Assembly (NCBI GenBank): GCA_021202555.1
Contig: JAJQCT010000008.1
Coordinates: 12,286 to 76,285, forward strand
Length of the DNA stretch: 64,000 nucleotides
Direction: 5' to 3'
Origin: Clostridiales bacterium
Lineage (GTDB): Bacteria; Bacillota; Clostridia; Oscillospirales; CAG-272
The first letter of the stretch is position 1. Each line of letters begins with the position of its first letter. The translations under genes and the position numbers were made by a program. Below the pieces are notes generated by a model. It had not been told where the DNA came from and searched no databases. It saw nothing but the letters and a program-made list of their open reading frames with translations. Below, piece by piece: positions 17,237 to 25,102 of this stretch.

Positions 17237-18319
17237 ATGTCAAGAGTATATAATTTTTCGGCAGGACCGTCAATGCTGCCCCTTCCGGTGCTGGAGCGCG
17301 CCGCATCCGAAATGACGGACTATAACGGAAGCGGTCAGTCCGTCACGGAAATGAGCCACCGTTCGCCCGTCTATGACAAAATAATCAAGGATGCCGAAGC
17401 ATCTCTTCGCCGCGTGATGAAAATTCCAGATAATTACCGCGTGCTTTTCATGCAGGGAGGCGCATCGCTTCAATTCGCGGCAGTGCCGCTGAATCTGCTT
17501 GGCGCAAATAAAAAAGCGGATTACATAATTTCGGGGCAATTTTCAAATAAAGCGTACAAGGAGGCGAAAAAATACGCGGACGCTGCCGTTGTCGCCTCAT
17601 CCGAGAACGAAAACTTCACGTATGTTCCGAAAATCGAGCGAGGCGATATAAGGGAGGACACGTCATACCTTCATATCTGCTACAACAACACGATATACGG
17701 CACACGATATAATTATATTCCCGATACGGGAGATATTCCGCTCGTCGCAGATATGTCATCGTACATACTGTCGGAGCCTGCCGACGTGTCGAAATTCGGC
17801 GTGATTTATGCGGGAGCGCAAAAGAACATGGCGCCTGCCGGCGTCACCGTTGTCATAATCCGCGACGATCTTATCGGTCATGAAGCGCCGACTACCCCGT
17901 CAATGCTTTCATATAAGCTGATGGCGGAAAACGGTTCGATGTACAACACTCCTCCCTGCTATTCGATTTATATGCTCGGACTTGTGCTCGAATGGGTTGA
18001 GGAAACGGGCGGACTTGACGCGATGAAGGAAAGAAACGAGCGCAAGGCGGCGCTTCTCTATGATTATCTCGACAGTCAGGACTTTTATAAGGCGCCCGTA
18101 AAAAAGGAATTTCGCTCGATGATGAACGTCACATTCGTGACGGGAAGCAAGGAGCTTGACGCTAAATTCGCAAAGGAAGCCGAGGGGTGGGATTTATATA
18201 ATCTCAAGGGACATCGCTCCGTCGGCGGAATGCGGGCGTCGATTTACAACGCGATGCCCGAGGCGGGTGTCGAAAGGCTTGTCGAATTCATGAAGCATTT
18301 CGCGAGCGAGAATAGCTGA
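17237..18319 (+). CDS. serC: 3-phosphoserine aminotransferase
   Basis: 360 aa. YNFSAGPSMLP N-terminus and GAQKNMAPAGVT PLP-lysine region. Confidence 0.93.
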   Translation: MSRVYNFSAGPSMLPLPVLERAASEMTDYNGSGQSVTEMSHRSPVYDKIIKDAEASLRRVMKIPDNYRVLFMQGGASLQFAAVPLNLLGANKKADYIISGQFSNKAYKEAKKYADAAVVASSENENFTYVPKIERGDIREDTSYLHICYNNTIYGTRYNYIPDTGDIPLVADMSSYILSEPADVSKFGVIYAGAQKNMAPAGVTVVIIRDDLIGHEAPTTPSMLSYKLMAENGSMYNTPPCYSIYMLGLVLEWVEETGGLDAMKERNERKAALLYDYLDSQDFYKAPVKKEFRSMMNVTFVTGSKELDAKFAKEAEGWDLYNLKGHRSVGGMRASIYNAMPEAGVERLVEFMKHFASENS

Positions 18320-18337
18320 CACAAAAAGGAGGGACAC

Positions 18338-19501
18338 ATGAAAAAAATCAAGCTGATGAATAAAATATCCAAGGCGGGTATTGATGTCTTTGACACGGAA
18401 AAATACGAGGTTTCCTCCGAAACCGAAAACCCCGACGCGATTATGGTGCGTTCGGCATCACTGCACGAGACAGAATTTTCCGAAAATCTCCTTGCCATCG
18501 CAAGAGCTGGTGCGGGCTACAACAATATACCCGTAGACAAGTGCTCCGAGGCGGGAATCGTCGTATTCAATACGCCCGGCGCAAACGCGAACGCCGTCAA
18601 GGAGCTGGCTGTTGCGGCAATCATGCTCGCCTCACGCGACATTGCGGGCGGCATCGAATGGGCAAAGACAATTCCCGACAGCGAAAACGTAGCAAAGGCT
18701 GTCGAGGCGGGAAAGAGCAAATTCGCGGGACAGGAGATAATGGGCAAAACGCTCGGAGTTATCGGTCTTGGAGCCGTGGGCGGTCTTGTCGCCAACACTG
18801 CGGTTTCTCTTGGAATGAACGTCGTCGGATGTGACCCGTTTTTGTCTGTTGACGCCGCATGGAGGCTCTCACGCGCCGTCACAAAGGCGGCGTCATACGA
18901 TGAAATTTACGCGGCAAGCGATTACATAACGATTCATGCCCCCTCAACGCCCGAAACGCGCGGGATGATAAACAAAGAGACGATTTCAAAGATGAGGGAC
19001 GGGGTGAGAATTATCAATCTCGCTCGCGCGGATCTGGTCAATGCTGCGGATATGACGGCGGCGCTCGAATCGGGCAAGGTCGCAGTCTACGTCACGGATT
19101 TCCCCACAAACGAAATTATCGGCGTGCGCGGCGTCGTCGCGATTCCTCATCTCGGCGCATCAACCGAGGAAAGCGAGGTCAACTGCGCTGTCATGGCGGC
19201 GCGTCAGCTTGTCGAGTATATTGAGCTTGGCAACATCAAAAACAGCGTCAATTTCCCGAACGTAACGCTTCCTCACACGGGAGACTACAGGCTCTGCGTG
19301 CTTCACAAGAACATTCCCGCCATGCTTTCGGGAATATCATCCGTCATCAGCTCGCGCAATATCAATATCGAAACGATGACAAACCGCTCACGCGGCGAGT
19401 ACGCATACACAATTGTGGAAATCAAAGGCGAGCTGCCTGACGAATGCGTCGGCGCAATACGCGAAATCGACGGAGTACTCAGGGTTAACGTGATAAAATA
19501 G
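18338..19501 (+). CDS. serA: D-3-phosphoglycerate dehydrogenase (with C-terminal ACT domain)
   Basis: 387 aa. GVIGLGAVGGLVA NAD motif, 2-hydroxyacid dehydrogenase catalytic region HLGASTEE, and an ACT-like tail. Confidence 0.9.
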   Translation: MKKIKLMNKISKAGIDVFDTEKYEVSSETENPDAIMVRSASLHETEFSENLLAIARAGAGYNNIPVDKCSEAGIVVFNTPGANANAVKELAVAAIMLASRDIAGGIEWAKTIPDSENVAKAVEAGKSKFAGQEIMGKTLGVIGLGAVGGLVANTAVSLGMNVVGCDPFLSVDAAWRLSRAVTKAASYDEIYAASDYITIHAPSTPETRGMINKETISKMRDGVRIINLARADLVNAADMTAALESGKVAVYVTDFPTNEIIGVRGVVAIPHLGASTEESEVNCAVMAARQLVEYIELGNIKNSVNFPNVTLPHTGDYRLCVLHKNIPAMLSGISSVISSRNINIETMTNRSRGEYAYTIVEIKGELPDECVGAIREIDGVLRVNVIK

Positions 19502-19558
19502 TGAGAAGCGCAGGTTTATGATTTTTTCGAACTCTTAGCATTTCGATTTCAATAAAAA

Positions 19559-19586
19559 ACGCACGGGGTTGCCGTGCGTTTTTTGC
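19559..19586. terminator. bidirectional intrinsic terminator after serA
   Basis: ACGCACGG / CCGTGCGT stem flanked by an A-run (19553-19558) and a T-run (19579-19584). Confidence 0.8.
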
Positions 19587-19643
19587 GTTTGCGAGAATGT
19601 CGATGTGACAAGCGCCATCATGCAATGTCTCAAAAAGCACTTG

Positions 19644-19684
19644 AACATCCCCTTGAACGTGGCACGTTCAAGGGGATGTTTTTA
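19644..19684 (+). terminator. second, very stable terminator-like hairpin (17-bp perfect stem, 3-nt loop, T-run)
   Basis: AACATCCCCTTGAACGT-GGC-ACGTTCAAGGGGATGTT followed by TTT. It sits between the first terminator and the stop of the convergent deacetylase gene. Confidence 0.6.
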
Positions 19685-19713
19685 CCCATCACGGAATATT
19701 TCATGCTTCAATT

Positions 19714-20715
19714 TCACTTTTTCTTATACACAACTCCCGTTGTGACACCGCCTTCCCTGAATGAAAGCAGCTCCGAAACAGTAACGAATTGGTAGCCCTT
19801 TTCAAGGAGCGCGGGAATGACGGTTTCCATCGCATCGACAGTCGTTTTATGTATGTCGTGACAGAGAATAATGCTTCCGTCAAAGACGTTGTTCATTATC
19901 TCGTCGTAAATCATGTCGGCATTTTTTGTTTTCCAGTCGAGAGAATCAACGCTCCATCTGACGAGAATAAACTCCTCATTAGTAGATGCGGCAAGCACGG
20001 TTTCGTTTGTCTTTCCGTAGGGAGGTCGCACCGTCATCGGCAGCGTTCCCGTCACGGAATAAAGCCACGTGCGAAGCGGCACAATTTCGCTTATAATTCC
20101 GTCGTAATCAAGCTTTGTCAGGTAATAATGATTCTCCGTGTGTACACCGATTTCGTGTCCCTCGTTTGACTCCCTCAGAATCGTGCTTTCAAATCGTCTC
20201 GCCTGCGTTCCGACAACATAAAATGTTGCGCGCACGTTAATATCAAGCAGACGCTCCGTGTAATTTCCGGGTCCGTCGTCGAAAGTGAGCGCTATCATCG
20301 GAAGCGATGGGTCAACATCTGTCGGATTCTGAAGGGTTACAGATGAGGGTTCCGGCGCAGTCGTTACGACATCGGTTTCGGTTTCAGTTACCTCGGTAGC
20401 TTCGGTTTCCTTTTCCGTTTCCGCGGTATCTTCCGTTTCCGCCGTTGTAATTTCGGCACTGTCCTCGGTCGTTTCGGTATCTTTTGAATTTGCGTTTGTT
20501 TCCGTATCACTATATTCGGTGTCCGTACCGGTCGTCAGGGTCGGCTCGCTCGTCAGCTCCGCAGTTTTGCTTTGAGACACGGCTCCCGTCGTGTCAACAT
20601 CGGGCAAAGCGGCGTTTCCTCTTAAGCATAACGTCAGCACGACAGTAGCTGTTATTCCTATAACAAGCACCGAAATTGCCAGCACCACAAAAATTGTTTC
20701 CACTCTGTTTGACAT
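19714..20715 (-). CDS. membrane-anchored polysaccharide deacetylase (CE4 / NodB domain)
   Basis: The start is moved to MSNRVETIF (ATG at 20715). TM anchor, T/E-rich linker, TFDDGP and HTENH metal-binding motifs, and LVRWSVDSLDW. Confidence 0.85.
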   Translation of the reverse strand: MSNRVETIFVVLAISVLVIGITATVVLTLCLRGNAALPDVDTTGAVSQSKTAELTSEPTLTTGTDTEYSDTETNANSKDTETTEDSAEITTAETEDTAETEKETEATEVTETETDVVTTAPEPSSVTLQNPTDVDPSLPMIALTFDDGPGNYTERLLDINVRATFYVVGTQARRFESTILRESNEGHEIGVHTENHYYLTKLDYDGIISEIVPLRTWLYSVTGTLPMTVRPPYGKTNETVLAASTNEEFILVRWSVDSLDWKTKNADMIYDEIMNNVFDGSIILCHDIHKTTVDAMETVIPALLEKGYQFVTVSELLSFREGGVTTGVVYKKK

Positions 20716-20927
20716 AAAAAATCTATTCCTTTCTGCCGAGATGACCATATCTGCCGCAGATTATACGAAATGTGGCGGCTCGTCCCACAATGCAAAGGCA
20801 ATTTACCTTAAAATAAGGTACGAAGTGGTGTGCTGCGCCCATAGATTCGCGTATTTTGATTCACCATATATTCATTTTCGTTTTCGCGCTTTGTAAAATC
20901 AGGTTCTGATTTTTGCCCGGCGACAAT

Positions 20928-20956
20928 ATTATATCACAACCGGCAATCGCGCGCAA
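20928..20956 (-). promoter_or_regulatory. candidate extended -10 promoter for the deacetylase gene
   Basis: On the minus strand this reads TTGCGC (20956-20951), a 17-nt spacer ending in TGA, then TATAAT (20933-20928). It implies a 5' UTR of about 200 nt. Confidence 0.45.
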
Positions 20957-21212
20957 GTGGCGCGATTTTTTGACAATAAGCTTTCAAATCGCGCGAAAAA
21001 CGGAGAAAAGTCGAGAAAAAAAGAGATAACTGTCTTTTTCATTGAGCAGCATCGCGAGTGAAATTTCTATTTTCACCACAAATTCACATCGTAAATTCTT
21101 CTTAAACGAATCTTAAACCTTTTCGACCTTTTATCTTAATATTTTTTTGGCTATAATAATAGCAGAAGCGGCGATGCTGCTCACTTAAAAAAACATTTTT
21201 ATACTTTGTGCT

Positions 21213-21241
21213 TGACATAAGTACTCGTGTGTGCTATAATT
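21213..21241 (+). promoter_or_regulatory. consensus sigma-A promoter P1 upstream of the GT2 gene (about 270-nt leader)
   Basis: TTGACA (21213-21218), 17-nt spacer, TGC-TATAAT extended -10 (21233-21241). Confidence 0.7.
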
Positions 21242-21448
21242 TATGGCGTGTAGATAAATCGGCATAATTATATTTTATATGTTATGCTTAGTTTATAGAG
21301 TCTATTTTCAAATCTTACGAAAATGTAAGTCTGCCGTAAGTCAAGTCAATTGCTCATACCGCGTCCAAGTGGTAAAATTACAGGCAAGGCGGATGAAGAA
21401 TCAATCATTCGTTCGCACACGAGAAAGCATATTATTTTCCCTTCTCGC

Positions 21449-21477
21449 TTGACATCCCGTTTTGCGTATGATATACT
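21449..21477 (+). promoter_or_regulatory. sigma-A promoter P2 proximal to the GT2 gene
   Basis: TTGACA (21449-21454), 17-nt spacer, TGA-TATACT extended -10 (21469-21477). Confidence 0.7.
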
Positions 21478-21519
21478 TTATGTGTACTATTTTGATAAAT
21501 ACATTTTGGAGAAGCTGAC

Positions 21520-22782
21520 ATGAATGCTATTTTCACATTGAACATGGTGATTTCGGTTCTTTTCGTCGTACTGTATTTCTATCAGTACGTCTATATTGTC
21601 GTCGGTGCGTTCGGGCGGCAAAAAAAATTCCCCGAGGGGAAACGGAATCGATTCGCAGTTTTAATCGCGGCACGCAATGAGGAGCGCGTCATCGCACACC
21701 TTATCGATTCGGTGAGGGCGCAGGACTACCCGTCGGAGCTAATCGATGTCTACGTCGTCGCCGACAACTGCACCGACAGCACAGCCGATATTGCGCGCGC
21801 TCACGGCGCCGCGGTATATGAGCGGCAGAACGCGCAATATGTCGGTAAGGGCTACGCGCTCGATTTTCTTATGAAGAAAATTTTCGCGTCGAAGGGACGC
21901 GAATACTACGACGGCTATTTTGTTTTCGACGCGGACAATCTTCTCGACGAGCGCTATGTCACGGAAATGAACAAGGTCTTTTCATCGGGCTACGACATAG
22001 TGACGAGCTTCCGCAGCTCAAAAAATTACGGCTCAGGCTGGATTGCGTCGGGATACGCACTCTGGTTCGTGCGCGAGGCGGTGAGCCTTAACGCGGCAAG
22101 AATGAAGCTCGGAGTGAGCTGCGCCGTTTCGGGGACGGGATTCATGTTCGGAAAAAAGACTGCACTGCGAAATGACGGATGGAATTTTTACCTTTTGACC
22201 GAGGACATCGAATTTACGGCTGACTCAATTCTGTCGGGCGACAAAATCGGTTACTGCGAAAACGCGGTATTTTACGACGAGCAGCCCGAGACGTTCATTC
22301 AGTCATGGAATCAGAGACTGCGCTGGGCGCGGGGGTATTTACAGGTTCTCGGCAAATACGGCGTGCGCCTGCTTCGCGGAATAATCAAAGAAAAGAGCTT
22401 CTCATGCTTTGACATGATAATGAACATCATGCCGGCAATGACGCTTTCCGTTGCCGCCTGCGCCGCCAATTCAGCGTCGATTATTATATCGTTTTTTGTG
22501 GGCAGCATGACTCCCGCCGACACGATAATATCGCTCTCCCAGATGGTGTGGAACGCATATCTGCTGCTTTTCGCGGTAGGTGTTATCGCGGGAGTTGGCG
22601 GGCGCAGGAAAATCATATGCCCCGTGGCAAAGCGAATTTTCTATTCCTTCACCTTCCCGATTTTCATGTTCACATATATACCGATAACAATCGCATCGTT
22701 TTTTGTCAAGTGCAAATGGACGCCGATTCGTCATACGGACGCAGTTTCAATCGAACAGCTGCGTCGTCGGAAAACCGCATAA
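21520..22782 (+). CDS. processive family-2 glycosyltransferase (IcaA/PgaC/cellulose-synthase-like polysaccharide synthase)
   Basis: 420 aa. N-terminal TM, GT-A domain (AARNEE, VVADNCTD, FDADN = DxD, TEDIEF), the QRLRWARG processivity motif Q(R/Q)xRW, and 4 C-terminal TM segments. Confidence 0.8.
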   Translation: MNAIFTLNMVISVLFVVLYFYQYVYIVVGAFGRQKKFPEGKRNRFAVLIAARNEERVIAHLIDSVRAQDYPSELIDVYVVADNCTDSTADIARAHGAAVYERQNAQYVGKGYALDFLMKKIFASKGREYYDGYFVFDADNLLDERYVTEMNKVFSSGYDIVTSFRSSKNYGSGWIASGYALWFVREAVSLNAARMKLGVSCAVSGTGFMFGKKTALRNDGWNFYLLTEDIEFTADSILSGDKIGYCENAVFYDEQPETFIQSWNQRLRWARGYLQVLGKYGVRLLRGIIKEKSFSCFDMIMNIMPAMTLSVAACAANSASIIISFFVGSMTPADTIISLSQMVWNAYLLLFAVGVIAGVGGRRKIICPVAKRIFYSFTFPIFMFTYIPITIASFFVKCKWTPIRHTDAVSIEQLRRRKTA

Positions 22783-22789
22783 CCTCGCA

Positions 22790-22828
22790 AAATCAAAGCG
22801 ACCGCCAAAAGGCGGTCGCTTTGATTTT
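22790..22828. terminator. bidirectional intrinsic terminator between GT2 gene and abrB
   Basis: AAATCAAAGCGACCGCC-AAAA-GGCGGTCGCTTTGATTT, a 17-bp perfect stem. The A/T-rich ends of the stem itself (AAAT... / ...ATTT) supply the U-tract, clearest on the + strand where TT follows. Confidence 0.85.
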
Positions 22829-22854
22829 CCGGTTTTGAAGTAAACGTGCGGGAC

Positions 22855-23106
22855 TTATTTTTCAAAGCTCTTTTTCAGCTTCTCATAGCAGTCCTTGCAA
22901 ATGAGCTTGCCGTCATAGCTGACAGTGTTGTCCACGTCGCCGCAGAACATACAGCCCGGTTCATACTTCTTGAGTACGATTTTGTCACCGTCAAGATAAA
23001 TCTCAACCGGATCCTTTGCTTTAAGACCCATAATGTGGCGTGTCTCAACGGGCAGAACGATTCTTCCGAGCTGATCAAGCTCCCTTACTATTCCAATTGC
23101 TTTCAT
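22855..23106 (-). CDS. abrB: AbrB-family transition-state regulator with C-terminal CxxC...CxxC tail
   Basis: 83 aa counted from the ATG at 23106, which has a GGAGG RBS. MKAIGIVRELDQLGRIVLPVETRHIMGLKAKDPVEIYLDGDKIVLKKY is a SpoVT/AbrB swapped-hairpin domain. The tail is CMFCGDVDNTVSYDGKLICKDC. Confidence 0.88.
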   Translation of the reverse strand: MKAIGIVRELDQLGRIVLPVETRHIMGLKAKDPVEIYLDGDKIVLKKYEPGCMFCGDVDNTVSYDGKLICKDCYEKLKKSFEK

Positions 23107-23175
23107 GGTCAGATACCTCCTAACAAAAAAATTGTCTGACATTCATTCGGATGTGAATTTCTTATCAACGGGATT

Positions 23176-23204
23176 ATTATATCATGTTTTTCGACCCTTG
23201 TCAA
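23176..23204 (-). promoter_or_regulatory. sigma-A promoter for abrB
   Basis: On the minus strand this reads TTGACA (23204-23199), the 17-nt spacer AGGGTCGAAAAACATGA, then TATAAT (23181-23176). The spacer contains GGTCGAA, a 6/7 match to the Spo0A box TGNCGAA. Confidence 0.65.
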
Positions 23205-23484
23205 CGCTTTTATATATTTTTTTACAGGAATCATCAAAAAATTTCCCGAAGCACGTTTTCACGTCACGCAAAAACACATTCGCTTCACAATACTCGGGTT
23301 CAGTCCTCCGACAGGGCAAAAATTTTTTGAAAAAAAGTCCGTCAGCCCACTCTTTCCGACAAAATTTTCATTTTGCCCGCGCTATAATTTTTATAGATAA
23401 AAAATCTGACTGCGGAAAGGATGGAACGCTTTATGCCGGAGGGCTTGCGGCGACAGCAAGTCCTTTGGCAAGGGCGGCAAAAAA

Positions 23485-23853
23485 ATGCGGAACAGCAAAG
23501 CAGAGGTTATAACTGTCCTTGACGGACACACAATGATGATTTCGCTTTACGGCGACATAGATCATCACAGCGCAAAGCGCATAAGGGGCGAAATCGACTC
23601 GTCGCTTTACATAAACAGACCAAAGCGCGCCGTCATGAATATGGCGGAGGTAGAATTTATGGACAGCGCCGGTCTCGGGCTTATCATAGGGCGACTTGCC
23701 GTCGCGGAAAAAATCAAGTGCAAGCTCACAATTCTGTCACCGTCTCAAAGAGTAATGAAAATACTCGACCTTGCGGGCGCGGGACGTCTTGTGGAAATAA
23801 AGCAGGCGGACGATGAAAAACCGTCCAAAGCAAAATCGGGAAAACAAAGCTGA
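23485..23853 (+). CDS. spoIIAA: anti-sigma-F factor antagonist SpoIIAA (STAS domain)
   Basis: 122 aa. LYGDIDHHSAKRIRGEID and MDSAGLG (phospho-serine region). It is the first gene of the spoIIA-type operon. Confidence 0.9.
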   Translation: MRNSKAEVITVLDGHTMMISLYGDIDHHSAKRIRGEIDSSLYINRPKRAVMNMAEVEFMDSAGLGLIIGRLAVAEKIKCKLTILSPSQRVMKILDLAGAGRLVEIKQADDEKPSKAKSGKQS

Positions 23854-23869
23854 AAGGATGATGAAAGTC

Positions 23870-24358
23870 ATGAACAGTCAGTCCACCGTCGTGGAAAAAA
23901 GAAAGTCCGGCAGACCGCCGGAAAACGCAAAAAACGAGCTGAAGCTTGAGCTTCCCTCGCTTTCCGTAAACGAGGGAATAGCGCGCTCGCTCGTATCTGT
24001 ATTCGTATCACAGCTCGATCCGACCTTCGAGGAGCTGTCAGACCTCAAATGCGCAGTTTCCGAAGCCGTTACCAACTCAATCGTTCACGGATACAAAAAC
24101 ACCGTCGGTCCCGTCTACATAACGCTTAAAATTCTGAAGGAAAGGACGGTTAAAATCGAGGTACGCGACAAGGGCTGCGGGATTTCCGACGTAAAGACTG
24201 CAATGCAGCCGCTCTTTACGACAGATCCCGACGGCGAGCGCAGTGGTATGGGCTTTACCGTTATGGAGAGCTTCACTGACAAGGTTACAGTCGTCAGCCG
24301 ACCGGATCACGGCACAAAGGTGACAATGATAAAGACTGTCGAGGGCGTGCGTCGATAA
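23870..24358 (+). CDS. spoIIAB: anti-sigma-F factor / serine kinase SpoIIAB
   Basis: HATPase_c motifs: EAVTNSIVHGY, DKGCGI, SGMGFTVM. The start is uncertain (23813, 23858 or 23870); 23870 best fits the AAAGGA RBS. There is a basic N-terminal extension of about 15-20 aa relative to Bacillus SpoIIAB. Confidence 0.85.
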   Translation: MNSQSTVVEKRKSGRPPENAKNELKLELPSLSVNEGIARSLVSVFVSQLDPTFEELSDLKCAVSEAVTNSIVHGYKNTVGPVYITLKILKERTVKIEVRDKGCGISDVKTAMQPLFTTDPDGERSGMGFTVMESFTDKVTVVSRPDHGTKVTMIKTVEGVRR

Positions 24359-24364
24359 ACAAAA

Positions 24365-25102
24365 ATGACGGGGACATTATGCCAATCAGAGCGCAGGGAC
24401 AGAAATCTCGAACTGATTCTGCGCTGTCGGGATGGGGACAAGACTGCCGAGGAGGAGCTTGTAACGTCAAATGCGGGGCTTGTGCGCAGCATCGCCGAAA
24501 GATTCGTCGGACGGGGCGCCGAGCCTGACGATTTATATCAGCTCGGAATGATTGGAATGGTACGCGCAATACGCACGTTTGATCCCGATCGCGGATGCGC
24601 TTTTTCAACGTATGCCGTACCGCTCATAATGGGGGAAATAAGGCGGTTTTTGCGCGACGACGGAATGATTAAGGTCAGCCGAGAAAAAAAGCGCCTCGGC
24701 TCCCGCCTTCTCTCCGAACGGGAGAAAATCATGGCGGAGTCGGGGCGCGAGCCTGCAATATCCGAGCTTGCAGACAAGTGCGGCGTTGATATTTACGAGG
24801 CAGCGGAGGCGCTTTCGTGCGTTTCTCCCGTCCTCTCCATATTCGATCCCGCATACGGGGATTCAGAGCTTACGATTTCCGATACAATAGCCTCGCCCGA
24901 CGTTGCGGACGACGAGGCTGAGCGCCTCGCGCTGCGCGAGGTCACCTCGTCGCTCCCTCCCGTATGGCGAAAAATAATCTCGCTGCGGTATTATCACGAT
25001 ATGTCGCAGGAGGCGACGGCAAGGGCGCTCGGGCTTTCGCAGGTGAAGGTTTCGCGCGAGGAAAAGAAGATTTTCGCTTATATGCGCGAGCGGCTTTGTT
25101 AG
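24365..25102 (+). CDS. sigF: sporulation sigma factor SigF
   Basis: 245 aa. Sigma-70 regions 2-4 (DLYQLGMIGMVRAIRTFD, YAVPLIMGEIRRFLRD, QEATARALGLSQVKVSREEKK). It is third in the operon after spoIIAA and spoIIAB. Confidence 0.9.
   Translation: MTGTLCQSERRDRNLELILRCRDGDKTAEEELVTSNAGLVRSIAERFVGRGAEPDDLYQLGMIGMVRAIRTFDPDRGCAFSTYAVPLIMGEIRRFLRDDGMIKVSREKKRLGSRLLSEREKIMAESGREPAISELADKCGVDIYEAAEALSCVSPVLSIFDPAYGDSELTISDTIASPDVADDEAERLALREVTSSLPPVWRKIISLRYYHDMSQEATARALGLSQVKVSREEKKIFAYMRERLC

Noticed and set aside
19574-19795. 73-aa + strand ORF after serA.
   Set aside because: It starts inside a terminator, spans a second terminator hairpin, and runs antisense into the deacetylase gene. It has no RBS.
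21248-21519. c-di-GMP riboswitch (GEMM-I/II), or a 57-codon ORF starting near 21279, in the GT2 leader.
   Set aside because: No GGCAAAC/ACGCAAAGC-type GEMM blocks are seen. The 57-codon ORF has no RBS and an implausible composition. A 19-codon ORF is mentioned only as a low-confidence possibility within the GT2 leader finding.
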